DNA of 63,535 bases, filler included. It is 4 parts of 4 records of this genome, joined end to end, with 100 filler letters (N's around TTAATTAATTAA, not from the genome) between each part and the next. Parts side by side here need not be neighbours in the genome. Positions count along the whole stretch, not along the records: positions 1 to 21,664 come from DRR723986_2442; positions 21,765 to 33,702 come from DRR723986_2445; 2 more parts are not named here. One strand, given 5' to 3'. The translations under genes were made by a program, and so were the position numbers. Positions 16,342 to 26,373 of this stretch are shown here, in pieces; the stretch's first letter is position 1, and each line of letters begins with the position of its first letter. The notes below the pieces were generated by a model. It made no database searches and had not been told where the DNA came from. It worked only from the letters and a program-made list of their open reading frames with translations.

Positions 16342-18711
16342 TCAATTTGTCAGGTATATCGGAAAGACCTTAAATTCTCGGTCAATCTCTACGCGAATGT
16401 AGTACGCGCCGCTCGGCTGGCCACGCAGGTCGATATGCAGGTCACGCTGATGCCGGATTGTAGCTGATCTGACTTCGCGTCCCAATGAAGAATATACCTG
16501 TACATGTCCATACACGGACTCTGCCCACTGCAGAAGGTACTCGCCATTATCGACTAATTGCAAACGTGTTAACTGCGCAATGCTGGAGAGATCCTGCGTC
16601 TCTTCAAGTTCGGTTACCACGCCACCGATAACATTGCGGACTGTATTACTATAGACCTGCCTGTCGTTCTCAAAGTAAAATTGAATGCTGTTTGTTATGA
16701 TATTTCCCGCTGTCAGCAAGCCGGGAATCACATCGACTTCATAGCTCACAAAAGCTTTACTGTTGGCGGGGTTAACAAGTCGGCCTTCAAGGCCCAGGTC
16801 TTGCATGTCAATTTGCACGGTGTTTCCGACTACTTGCGCCAGTGCAGGATGTGAAGATGCTACAAGCCGCATGCTGTTTTCATCCAGGTAATACTCCAAC
16901 TCATCGGCTATTTGCACCTCGTTTAAGCCTAAATCTCCCAGATTGTCAATATGTGCCGTATAGCGCAGGCGTGTCTGTGCTGCATCTGTGAACTCAGCCC
17001 TTAACATTCCGCTTGGTTCCAGCCGGTTGGGGATGGTTGAGTTATCTTTACTGATAATTTGACAATGATGGGCCGCGATTCGGAGGTCAGCTCCCACGGC
17101 ATTAGCGAGCTCAATGTATCCGCACAATGCATTGTTTTCACCAGCATAGTACTGCGGTCGTTTAAATCCAATTTCCAGGCGAATCTGCCCGCCCGGCGGA
17201 ATCTCTTCAATATTCCAGTCCAACGCGTAATCGCGAATGTGATTCATTCCGGGACTTGAGAAAACACCTTCCAATCTACGATTTGAAACAAAACGCACCG
17301 GACCCGAAAAGGGAAGCGCGCCCGTATTGGTGATTGTGGCATGGAAAAGCGCTGTCCTACCCGCTTTGGGATTACTTGCGCTTAAAGATACATCAACTTG
17401 TTCAGTTTCATTTGCAACAGTTGCCAATAGGTTAACATTTGAAATTTCACCTTGACTGTTGTTTATTATTATTGTCCTGGAATTTTCTGAGCATACGTTT
17501 TTCCAGCGGTGATCCCTGCCAATTTCTGCGCGATACTCACCAGCCGGCAAAGTAATTGTGTATCTGCCTTCGCTGTCGGTATAAGTCGTGTAGTCGCCAG
17601 GAGTAAAGTTAACTTCTTGCCGGGCTAATACGAGGTCACTCGCATCCAGGCTGCAGTTTTCGTTAACATCAACCCTTACCTGGCCTTCAACACGTGTGCT
17701 GAAGAGGTCATTGATTGGGTGTATGAACAGTTGTGCGCCGACGCAATTCTCGATCCTCGTTATCCAGCGTGCTTTGTTTTGCATGCCTGGTATTACGGCG
17801 TAAAAGTCTGAATATCTTGAGGCACCATCGAAAGTTGCAATTCTAAATATGAATTCGCCCGTACCATGGTTAAACTGCCCGTCTCTGATTTCCCCGTATT
17901 CAGCTGTACCCGGCAGGATAAATGCCTGCAACTGTTTTAAGGTGCCTGCCGCTGCATCCATCTCCAGCAGGTCAGTATCGCTGTTGTGACCATTCCGAAT
18001 TTTTACTGCATATACTTTGGCGCTTATTGGGTCAAACGCCACTGCCGGCATCCGCTTGTCGGTGCGGACAATACCCTTAAAGTCTCCATCTTCCAATCCA
18101 AAGCTGCTAAGACTGTTTGCAGAGCCGAACCCGTATATGTAGCGTTCATTAACATAGTCAATCACTGCTGGGTTTGTCAGACCAGCGGATTCTTTATACT
18201 CGCTCAGTCGAGTTAACTCGCCTGATTCCGGATGTACAATCGTCAATCCAAAATGGCTTGCAGCCTCGTCCTGTGGCACATGGAAAATTTCATACGTGTA
18301 TAACAATCCATTCAGCGGGTTAAGCTGCATGCCATAAAAGCGCCCTTGATTTTCCTCCGTAGTTCCGAGGCGCTCCCCGGTTTTTAAGTCATAACGGCTC
18401 AGATACCACTTGTGAATCGTGTCATTATTACGCGCCTGCAGGTAGAGCCGGCTGAGTCTGGCATCAATTACAAAGTTGTATCCGAAGTATTCGTTCAGCG
18501 ACGCCCTGCCCTTGCTTTCATACATCCGTCCCAGGCGCTCAATTGTCCCACTGTTAATATGCTTGCGCACCAAAGTGTATTTTGGCGGTAGCTCAAAGTT
18601 GGACTGTATCGCGTAGATGTAGCCGTCCTGGAAGGCCGGCAGGGGAGTTGAGGTCAGGCAGGCAAAGATGGCGAGAAATACGAAGTGTTTAACTCTTGGA
18701 CTCTTAAACAT
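16342..18711 (-). CDS. T9SS cargo protein: beta-propeller-like N-terminus, SdrD/Ig-like domains, DUF7619-like domain, CTD
   Basis: Signal peptide; DVNENCSLD; TNTGALPFSG; LRYTAHIDNLG...LVASSHP; CTD VYSSLGREV...PSGAYYI. Confidence 0.75.
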   Translation of the reverse strand: MFKSPRVKHFVFLAIFACLTSTPLPAFQDGYIYAIQSNFELPPKYTLVRKHINSGTIERLGRMYESKGRASLNEYFGYNFVIDARLSRLYLQARNNDTIHKWYLSRYDLKTGERLGTTEENQGRFYGMQLNPLNGLLYTYEIFHVPQDEAASHFGLTIVHPESGELTRLSEYKESAGLTNPAVIDYVNERYIYGFGSANSLSSFGLEDGDFKGIVRTDKRMPAVAFDPISAKVYAVKIRNGHNSDTDLLEMDAAAGTLKQLQAFILPGTAEYGEIRDGQFNHGTGEFIFRIATFDGASRYSDFYAVIPGMQNKARWITRIENCVGAQLFIHPINDLFSTRVEGQVRVDVNENCSLDASDLVLARQEVNFTPGDYTTYTDSEGRYTITLPAGEYRAEIGRDHRWKNVCSENSRTIIINNSQGEISNVNLLATVANETEQVDVSLSASNPKAGRTALFHATITNTGALPFSGPVRFVSNRRLEGVFSSPGMNHIRDYALDWNIEEIPPGGQIRLEIGFKRPQYYAGENNALCGYIELANAVGADLRIAAHHCQIISKDNSTIPNRLEPSGMLRAEFTDAAQTRLRYTAHIDNLGDLGLNEVQIADELEYYLDENSMRLVASSHPALAQVVGNTVQIDMQDLGLEGRLVNPANSKAFVSYEVDVIPGLLTAGNIITNSIQFYFENDRQVYSNTVRNVIGGVVTELEETQDLSSIAQLTRLQLVDNGEYLLQWAESVYGHVQVYSSLGREVRSATIRHQRDLHIDLRGQPSGAYYIRVEIDREFKVFPIYLTN

Positions 18712-18791
18712 TGTTGTGATCCAGTTGGAAATTTGAGTGTTTTGTGTCGCGTGGGCTCATGTTAGGGCATTAGTTGTTTAAGTGCCTACGG

Positions 18792-21164
18792 CTATTTCGT
18801 GAAATACATAGGCAGGAAAGCATTGCCGCCGTCAGTCTCCACATGCACAAAATATGCGCCGCGGGGATGTCCACTCAGGTCAAAGCGGGCTTCGCGCTGA
18901 TTGTACAGGTTTTGTGAACTAAGCCTCTGTCCTAAAAACGAGTAAACACTAAACGAGCCGCTTACAGATGATTGACTGTGGAGTATAAACTGATCGCCGC
19001 CACTGTTGATGACCTGGAAGGTGTGGCCCGGCTCCAGGCCCTGGCCTGTCAACTCTTTAACATCTGTTACGGCGCCGCCAATTACATTACGTGCCGTGTT
19101 GCTTCTGTAAGTACCGCGTTCACCCAAAGTATATTCCACACGATTTTCGATTATACTCCCAGTGCTGGGAACCCTAAGCAGGTCCACTTCATAAACCATG
19201 TAGGCCGTGTTTTTGGCTGGAGTTTCCTGCGGGTTGCTTAAGTCCAAATTAAATATGCCTATCGTTACATCATAAGTATTGTGCCAAAGATGTGCCGGAT
19301 GTGAGGACTCGATCAATGTAAAGCTGCGGCCGTCTACATAGTCTTCAAAATGATCCGTCATGCGGATTTCATCTACGTTTACATTTCCCAGTGAAGTAAA
19401 ATGCACTGTGTAACGCAGGCGCGTCTGGGCTGCATCCACAAATTCAGAGTAGAGCACACTCGCCAGCGTTCTTCTCCCTGAAGCTCCATCATATCTAATC
19501 CTGGCGCAATCATGCGCAGCAATTCGGATATCTTTTCCAGGCCTGTCTACAACTTCTACGAATGCGCATAACACGCGGTTCTGCCCATCCCCGGTCGGCT
19601 CGCTGGGTGTGACGCTGGGAAGGTCAAATTCCAGTGTAATCTGCACCTGACCGCCCGGCGGCACTGCTTCCAGAGTCCACTCTATCCATCTGTCATTCCT
19701 GCGCCGGATTGCCATACTCGAATTCACAGACCTTAAATCGCGATTGGCCACCAGGCGAACTGGACCGCTGAAGGGCAGGGCACCAGTATTCGTGTACTCT
19801 ATAAAATACACTGACCTCTCCAGATCATTCGCTACAGTGGAGTGCAAACTGACTTCACTTTGCGCTACTTCACTGTTAACACGTGCCAGTAAATCGATGG
19901 TCTCCGCCTGGCCACTTTTAACGGTGATTACATCCGAATTACCTGCACAGAAGCTCTCCCAACGCGTATCAGCCGCATAGGTGGCTGTATATTCTCCGGC
20001 GGGCAAGCGCAGCTGGAAATGGCCTGCATCATCAGTAAATGTTTTATAGCCGCCTGGCTTAAACACAAGCTCGTGATGCGCAATTGGGAGGTCGCCGTTG
20101 TCCACTGCGCAGTTGTTGTCGACGTCTACCATAAGTTGTCCAGATACTGACATGCTGTTGTTGTCATATTCTGAGTGTACGTAAAGCGCCCACGACGCAC
20201 AGTTGCGCATGCGTGTCAGGAAACGTGCCTGCGATTCAACACCAGGTTTGATGCTGTAAAAATTGCTAATCCGCGCCCCGTATTCAAGGTAGTGGACTGC
20301 AAAGATGTATTCGCCGGTATGTGGATTGATTTGGCCCCGGCAGATTTCTGCACCTTGAGGAATTGCAGGCACAACATCGGAGCGTATGAGGTGCAGCTCA
20401 CCAGCCTGCGTATCCAACTCGCACAAGTTTACAACTCCATCTACACCAGTCGTTAGCGTCAGCGAGTAAATCTTGCCGGAAACGGGATCGTAGGCACCAG
20501 CGCGTGGAGACTCTTCCGTCCGGAACTGGCCTAGGTGCTCTCCGTCACCGATTCTCAGGCTTTTTATAAATGGGTGGTATCCAAAATCATAGTGATATCT
20601 GTTGTTTTTGTAGTCTAACGCCGCCGCCGTGCAGCTGGCAGTCGGGTAATATTGTAAGCCACCCAAATGTGCACGTTCTGTCGTAACAGGATCAAAAGCT
20701 GTCAGCCCTTGGTGAAACTCGAGGTCGCCAACTGGCCAGAAGCGGAACTCAAGGGCGTACAATTTACCGTCCGCCGGATTGAACTGCGGCGTCGCAAATC
20801 TTCCCAAATTCTCTGCACTGGATTCGAGGAGGGCGCCTGTCCTCAAATCGTACTGACGCAAATGCCATTTGTGAGCGTCATCTCCGGTCTGTGCCTGCAT
20901 ATACAGGCGCTTGCGTAGCGGATCAATGGTCAATTTGTTTTCGTGTGGAATACTGAGGCCGGGCTCCAACTCATTCAGGACTTCTAATTCGGAGCTGTTG
21001 ATGTGCATGCGCACGAGTGTATAGGAGTCCGCTTCTGTGGGACTTTCTTGCAATGCATAGATATGTCCGTCCAGGAATGCCTTCGCCGGGGTGGTAACAA
21101 AACATACCAGGGCGATCAGAGCCAGGAGTGTCGGTTGAATCCGTTGATTCTGTATGGTCGTCAT
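18792..21164 (-). CDS. T9SS cargo protein, tandem paralog of 16342-18711
   Basis: Collinear shared motifs (AF.DG.IYA.Q, HKW.L..YDL.TG, TNTGALPFSGPVR, DAAQTRLRYT, SNT.RNVIGG.VT) and a CTD. Start taken at the ATG of MTTIQNQ. Confidence 0.75.
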   Translation of the reverse strand: MTTIQNQRIQPTLLALIALVCFVTTPAKAFLDGHIYALQESPTEADSYTLVRMHINSSELEVLNELEPGLSIPHENKLTIDPLRKRLYMQAQTGDDAHKWHLRQYDLRTGALLESSAENLGRFATPQFNPADGKLYALEFRFWPVGDLEFHQGLTAFDPVTTERAHLGGLQYYPTASCTAAALDYKNNRYHYDFGYHPFIKSLRIGDGEHLGQFRTEESPRAGAYDPVSGKIYSLTLTTGVDGVVNLCELDTQAGELHLIRSDVVPAIPQGAEICRGQINPHTGEYIFAVHYLEYGARISNFYSIKPGVESQARFLTRMRNCASWALYVHSEYDNNSMSVSGQLMVDVDNNCAVDNGDLPIAHHELVFKPGGYKTFTDDAGHFQLRLPAGEYTATYAADTRWESFCAGNSDVITVKSGQAETIDLLARVNSEVAQSEVSLHSTVANDLERSVYFIEYTNTGALPFSGPVRLVANRDLRSVNSSMAIRRRNDRWIEWTLEAVPPGGQVQITLEFDLPSVTPSEPTGDGQNRVLCAFVEVVDRPGKDIRIAAHDCARIRYDGASGRRTLASVLYSEFVDAAQTRLRYTVHFTSLGNVNVDEIRMTDHFEDYVDGRSFTLIESSHPAHLWHNTYDVTIGIFNLDLSNPQETPAKNTAYMVYEVDLLRVPSTGSIIENRVEYTLGERGTYRSNTARNVIGGAVTDVKELTGQGLEPGHTFQVINSGGDQFILHSQSSVSGSFSVYSFLGQRLSSQNLYNQREARFDLSGHPRGAYFVHVETDGGNAFLPMYFTK

Positions 21165-21439
21165 CTGAATTCCAGCTTCAAAAGGCGATTGGTGTGAGTG
21201 CTGTTTTGCAATGGATGCAATTGAGCGGGGGGAACACCAGGTGAGCATGTTAACATGCCGATCGCGTATGCGCAGTGCTGGAAAATACGAAGCTCTCAAG
21301 TTGATTGCCGCAGGGCCGCCTTACGAACTTCAGCTGACAAGATAATAAATTTGGCGGCCACATCAGTGCATAAATTGATGACCATCTCTGCCACAAAGTC
21401 CGCCGGCATTCGAGGCGGCGATGTTCGCAGAATCATTCT

Positions 21440-21496
21440 AAGAACGCTTCGCTCCCTTCACCTTCGGTGGGTAGCTTGCTTTTTCTTTTTGTTAGT
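21440..21496 (+). repeat. Second copy of the dispersed hairpin + T-tract element, inverted relative to 156-212
   Basis: See the alignment given for 156-212. Confidence 0.65.
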
Positions 21497-21555
21497 CGGT
21501 GTTGCCGGAGCTTGGGGTCTCTGAGGTGGGAGACTTTTGGTCTAAATCCCCACCA

Positions 21556-21647
21556 GCTGTGAGCCAAAAATCCACGGGTCAAGAAGTCGAGAGGTGTAGA
21601 AAATCAGCTGTTAGCCCTAAGTGCTGTGAGCCAAAAATCCACGGGTC
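21556..21647. repeat. Two exact 25-bp direct repeats, period 67 bp
   Basis: GCTGTGAGCCAAAAATCCACGGGTC at 21556-21580 and 21623-21647. Confidence 0.85.
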
Positions 21648-21664
21648 TCTAAACTGGAAGCAGT

Positions 21665-21764
21665 NNNNNNNNNNNNNNNNNNNNNNNNNNNNNNNNNNNN
21701 NNNNNNNNTTAATTAATTAANNNNNNNNNNNNNNNNNNNNNNNNNNNNNNNNNNNNNNNNNNNN
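21665..21764. other. Artificial contig linker
   Basis: 44 N + TTAATTAATTAA (stops in all six frames) + 44 N. Confidence 0.99.
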
Positions 21765-22152
21765 CACCGCCTTTCACAAGGTGCGCAACCATTTCGGCAT
21801 GAACCGCGCCGCCCAAGAGGGCGCGCTGGCCGCCTTGCACGATGGGCCCTGGCTGGCGCAAACCTGCGCCCAGGTGGCGCAGGCGCGCCAGTGCCTTTAC
21901 GATATGGCGGCAGAGCACGGTCTGCAGGCCCTGCCCTCGGCTACCAATTTCGTGGCGATCGATTGCGGGGGCGATGGCGCCTTGGCCCAGCGCGTTTTGC
22001 AGGAATTGGCCGCGCGTGGCCTCTTTATCCGCATGCCCGGCGTGGCGCCGATGAACCGCTGCATTCGTATCAGCTGTGGCCAAAGCGCCGATCTGGATGC
22101 GCTGGCCGCGGCCTTTGGCCCGGCGCTGGCCGCCGCCCGCGCCGCAGGCTAA
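21765..22152 (+). CDS. PLP-dependent aminotransferase class I/II (HisC-like), 3' fragment
   Basis: KVRNHFGMNR..Q.GALAAL, LPSATNFV, RCIRIS; truncated by the linker. Confidence 0.8.
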
Positions 22153-22171
22153 AAAGCGCGCCGCAGGCGGA

Positions 22172-23425
22172 TCAGCGCGCCGCAGCTGCAGCCGCTGATG
22201 CGGGCGCCCCAGCGGTTGCCCCAGCAGTTGCCTGGGCCACAACATCGGTGGCTGCGGCCAATGCGCCGCTGCCATGGGGCAGGCCCAGCGCCTTTAGCCC
22301 GGCATCCACCGCCCCCAGCATACCCAAAACCATATGGGCATTGACATGGCCCATATGGCCGATGCGAAAGAAATCATCTGCCGCGGGGCTGCCCGGCTCG
22401 GCCATGCCAAGGCCAATGCCCAAGGTCACACCCGCCTGGGTTTCGCACCATTTGCGCAGCTGCCCCGCGCCGCCCTGTGGCAGGCACAGCGCCGTCACCG
22501 CGCGGGCGCGATGGGCGGTGTTGGCCACATTCAGCCGCAGCGTGCCACCCCCCTGCCCCCAGGCCTCGCAGGCGGCCCAAACCGCGCGGGCCAGTGTTTC
22601 GTGGCGCGCCCAGACGGCCTCGATCCCTTCGCCATGCAGCATATCCAGCGCAACGCGCAGCCCATAAAGATGATGGGTGGGCGCCGTGCCGCCCCAATAT
22701 TGATAAAACTGCTCGGGGTTGGCGCGCGGCGCCCAATCCCAGTAGCGGCTGACACGCGGCATGGCCGCGCGCACCTGCGCGGCCTTGTCGCTGAAAAACA
22801 CAAAACCCAAGCCAGGCGGCACCATCAGCCCCTTTTGGCTGGCCGCCACGGCAACATCGACGCCCCATGCATCCATCTCGAAACGGTCCACCGCCATCGA
22901 GGCCACGCAATCGGCCATCAACAGTGCCGGGTGGCCCGCACGATCAAGCGCTGCACGCACCGCCGCCACATCGTTTAGCACCGAGGAGGCGGTATCAACA
23001 TGCGTCACCAGCACCGCCTTGATCTTGTGCCCCGTATCTGCGCGCAGCGCCGCCTCGACCGCGGCAGGATCAAGCGGGGTGGATTTGCCGAAATCCAGCA
23101 TCTGCACATTGGCCCCCAGCCCCTGCGCCATATCGGCCCAACCATGGCCAAAGCGCCCCGTTGCAGGCACCAGCACCGTTTCGCCCGGCGCCACGGTATT
23201 GGCCAGCGCCGCCTCCCATGCCGCGTGGCCATTGCCGATATAGATGGCCACATGGCCCTTGGTGCGGGCGACTGCGCGCAAATCAGGGATCAAGCCCGCG
23301 GCCAATTCCACGATCTCGCCCTCGTAAATATTGGGCGCAGGGCGGTGCATCGCGGCCAAAACCGCATCGGGCATGACAGATGGGCCGGGAATGGCCAGAT
23401 AGGGGCGGCCTTGGGAAAGGGTCAT
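22172..23425 (-). CDS. Class V aminotransferase (serine/alanine-glyoxylate aminotransferase family)
   Basis: IPGPS, HVDTASS, DCVAS, SQKGLMVPPG, FRIGHMG. Start taken at the ATG of MTLSQGR. Confidence 0.9.
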   Translation of the reverse strand: MTLSQGRPYLAIPGPSVMPDAVLAAMHRPAPNIYEGEIVELAAGLIPDLRAVARTKGHVAIYIGNGHAAWEAALANTVAPGETVLVPATGRFGHGWADMAQGLGANVQMLDFGKSTPLDPAAVEAALRADTGHKIKAVLVTHVDTASSVLNDVAAVRAALDRAGHPALLMADCVASMAVDRFEMDAWGVDVAVAASQKGLMVPPGLGFVFFSDKAAQVRAAMPRVSRYWDWAPRANPEQFYQYWGGTAPTHHLYGLRVALDMLHGEGIEAVWARHETLARAVWAACEAWGQGGGTLRLNVANTAHRARAVTALCLPQGGAGQLRKWCETQAGVTLGIGLGMAEPGSPAADDFFRIGHMGHVNAHMVLGMLGAVDAGLKALGLPHGSGALAAATDVVAQATAGATAGAPASAAAAAAR

Positions 23426-23639
23426 AGCAGTGTCCTGAAATTTGATGCACCAAAGCCTACGCCGCTTTTGGCCAAGGTCAACACCCCTTGCGCGCCACAG
23501 CATGCCAGCCACCTGCGCAACGCGGTGTCAGGCTTGCCACAGGGGGCGCGACACACTAGGACTGATGCAAAGAAACAAAGGTGCCCCTGCCCAGATGGCA
23601 GGGCTGGGCCTGGCCCCGCACCAAAGGACGGCATTTCTA

Positions 23640-25499
23640 TTGAGTAGCTCCGAGCAAACCCAACACACCCCCTCCTCTGTGCTGTTAAAATGGCTGTGGC
23701 GCGGCTACCTGCGCCACCAATGGCCTTTGGTGATTGCCGCGCTTTTGTTCATGTCGCTGGAAGGCAGCATGCTGGGCGCGCTGAGCTATATGATGAAACC
23801 GATGTTCGACGAGGTTTTCGTCGCCGGCCAATATGACGCGCTGTGGTGGGTGGGCCTTGCGATTTTTGGCATCTTTACCCTGCGTGCCGTGGCCAGCATT
23901 TTGCAAAAAGCATTCCTGTCGGTCATCTCGCAAAAAACCGCAGCCCAGCTGCGCGGCGATCTGCTGGCCCATCTGATGACGATGGATGGCGCCTTTTACC
24001 AAACCCACCCACCGGGCTATTTGCTGCAACGCGTGCAGGGCGATGTGGGATCGATCAACGCGATCTGGAGCATGATCATCTCGGGCGCGGGGCGCGATCT
24101 GGTGTCGCTGGTGATCTTGTTTGGCGTGGCCATTTCGGTGGATTGGTATTGGACGCTGATCAGCTGCGTTGGCATTCCGCTGTTGGTGGCGCCTTCGGCC
24201 CTGTTGCAGAAATTCGTGCGCGCCCGGGCGCTCGAGGCGCGCGATCTGGCCGCACGGCTGGCCACCCGGCTGGACGAGGTGTTTCACGGCATTATTCAGG
24301 TCAAGCTGAACGGGCTGGAGGCCTATCAATCCAAACGCTACCGCGTGCAAACCAAAGATCTGGTGCGCGCCGAGGTGCGGGCCAGCGTGGGGGCAGCCGC
24401 CATGCCCGGCATGATCGATGTGATGGCGGGCCTGGGGTTTATGGGCGTGCTTTACATGGGCGGCACAGAAATTATTGCGGGCGAGAAAACCGTTGGCGAA
24501 TTCATGGCGTTTTTCACCGCTATTGGCTTGGCCTTTGATCCGCTGCGCAGGCTCAGCTCGATCAGCGCCACATGGCAGGCCGCCGCCGCGGCGGTGGAGC
24601 GGCTGAAAGAGCTGCTCGATACCAAGCCCAGCGTGTTATCGCCCGCCCATCCCAAAACAGCCCCCCAAGGCTGCCCGGATGTGCGGCTGGAAAACGTGCG
24701 GCTGGATTATGGCGACACGCCGGTGTTGCGCGGCACATCCTTTGTGGCAGAGGCCGGCAAAACCACCGCGCTGGTCGGCGCCTCGGGGGCGGGCAAATCG
24801 ACCGTGTTCAACCTGTTGACCCGGCTGATCGATACCACCGAGGGGCGCGTGATGATTGGCGGCACCGATGTGCGCCAGATCGATCTGCCCGATCTGCGCG
24901 CCTTGTTTTCGGTGGTGACCCAAGACAGCACCTTGTTTGATGAAACCTTGCGCGAAAATATCTTGCTGGGGCGGGGCGATGTCAGCGCAGCGCAGCTTGA
25001 TGATGTTTTGCAAGCCGCCCATGTGGCCGATTTCCTGCCCAACCTGCCCAAGGGGCTAGATACCCATGTGGGCCCGCGCGGATCGGCCCTGTCGGGGGGG
25101 CAGCGCCAGCGCGTGGCCATCGCCCGCGCCCTGCTGCGCGATACGCCGCTGCTGCTGCTGGACGAGGCCACCAGCGCGCTGGATGCGCAATCGGAAAAAA
25201 CCGTGCAAGCGGCGCTGGAAAAACTGTCGAAAGGGCGCACAACCTTGGTGATTGCGCACCGCTTATCCACCGTGCGCGAGGCCGACAAGATCGTGGTGAT
25301 GGACCAAGGCCGCGTGGTGGATGAGGGCACGCATGACGAATTGCTGGCCCGCGGTGGCATTTATGCCAATTTGCACGCGCTGCAATTTCGCACCGATGGC
25401 CCCACCGCAGACGAGGCCGCCAGCGCCCGCATGATGCGCCCCGCGCTGCCAGAAGACCCGCCAAAACGCGGGTTTTGGGCGCGCCTCTTTGGGGGCTAG
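23640..25499 (+). CDS. ABC transporter permease/ATP-binding protein (MsbA-like)
   Basis: Membrane domain plus GASGAGKS, LSGGQRQR and LLLDEATSALD. TTG start inferred after AAGGA. Confidence 0.9.
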   Translation: MSSSEQTQHTPSSVLLKWLWRGYLRHQWPLVIAALLFMSLEGSMLGALSYMMKPMFDEVFVAGQYDALWWVGLAIFGIFTLRAVASILQKAFLSVISQKTAAQLRGDLLAHLMTMDGAFYQTHPPGYLLQRVQGDVGSINAIWSMIISGAGRDLVSLVILFGVAISVDWYWTLISCVGIPLLVAPSALLQKFVRARALEARDLAARLATRLDEVFHGIIQVKLNGLEAYQSKRYRVQTKDLVRAEVRASVGAAAMPGMIDVMAGLGFMGVLYMGGTEIIAGEKTVGEFMAFFTAIGLAFDPLRRLSSISATWQAAAAAVERLKELLDTKPSVLSPAHPKTAPQGCPDVRLENVRLDYGDTPVLRGTSFVAEAGKTTALVGASGAGKSTVFNLLTRLIDTTEGRVMIGGTDVRQIDLPDLRALFSVVTQDSTLFDETLRENILLGRGDVSAAQLDDVLQAAHVADFLPNLPKGLDTHVGPRGSALSGGQRQRVAIARALLRDTPLLLLDEATSALDAQSEKTVQAALEKLSKGRTTLVIAHRLSTVREADKIVVMDQGRVVDEGTHDELLARGGIYANLHALQFRTDGPTADEAASARMMRPALPEDPPKRGFWARLFGG

Positions 25500-25586
25500 G
25501 GGTTTTCGCACGCCACCTGCAGGCCTATATCTGGGGTCAGGATGCGGCCGCAGGGGCCGGCGCTGGCATAGGAACACGCATATAGC

Positions 25587-26336
25587 ATGGCACGCACAAT
25601 CTTAACGGTTTCGGGCAGCGACACGATTGGCTTTTTGCAAGGGCTGATCACCAACGATATGGCAAAGCTGGCCCAAGGCCCGGTCTATGCCGCAATGCTG
25701 ACGCCACAGGGCAAATACCTGGCAGATTTCATCTTGTCCGCGGCCCCCGGCGCCGATGGGGGCGTGCTGGTGGATGTTGATAGCAGCCTTGCGCCCCTGC
25801 TGGTGCAACGCCTGTCGATGTATAAGCTGCGCGCCGATGTGCAGATTGCTGATAGCGGCCTACAGCTGCAGCGCGGCACGGGCCCCGCCCCCCAAGGCGC
25901 CCTGCCCGACCCGCGCCACCCCGCACTTGGCTGGCGGCGCTATGGCCCTGAGGCGGGCGATGATGGCAGCGATTTTCTGGCGCTGCGGGTGGCGCATATG
26001 GTGCCCGAAACCGGCATCGAGCTGGGGCCAGACAGCTATATATTGGAAATGGGGTTCGAGCGGCTGAACGGCGTTGATTTTCGCAAAGGCTGCTATGTGG
26101 GCCAAGAGGTGACAGCCCGCATGAAGCACAAGACCGAGCTGAAAAAAGGCTTGGCGCTGGTTGCGCTAGAGGGCACAGCCCAGCCCGGCACGGTGCTGAT
26201 CGATGAAAATGGCAAAGAGGCCGGGCAGCTGCACAGCGTATCTGGAAACCGGGCGCTGGCCTATCTGCGTTTTGATCGCGCCACCGGGCCTATGCAGGCG
26301 GGCAGCGCCACCGTGCAGCTGCTAGAGCGGGGCTAA
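25587..26336 (+). CDS. ygfZ: Folate-binding Fe-S maturation factor YgfZ/Iba57
   Basis: KGCYVGQE signature. Confidence 0.95.
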   Translation: MARTILTVSGSDTIGFLQGLITNDMAKLAQGPVYAAMLTPQGKYLADFILSAAPGADGGVLVDVDSSLAPLLVQRLSMYKLRADVQIADSGLQLQRGTGPAPQGALPDPRHPALGWRRYGPEAGDDGSDFLALRVAHMVPETGIELGPDSYILEMGFERLNGVDFRKGCYVGQEVTARMKHKTELKKGLALVALEGTAQPGTVLIDENGKEAGQLHSVSGNRALAYLRFDRATGPMQAGSATVQLLERG

Positions 26337-26373
26337 GCCCCGCCCGATGCCTGGGGGTAACTGATGGGAAAAA

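Noticed and set aside
21556..21647. Call as a CRISPR array
   Set aside because: Only two repeats, the spacer contains a repeat-related motif, and no cas genes are present; kept only as a finding.
16135..21664. Integrated genomic island at tRNA-Arg
   Set aside because: No integrase and no duplicated tRNA 3' end visible before the contig end.
21709..21720. TTAATTAATTAA palindrome, also at 33747 and 58112
   Set aside because: Identical N-flanked six-frame-stop linker, so an assembly or concatenation artefact.
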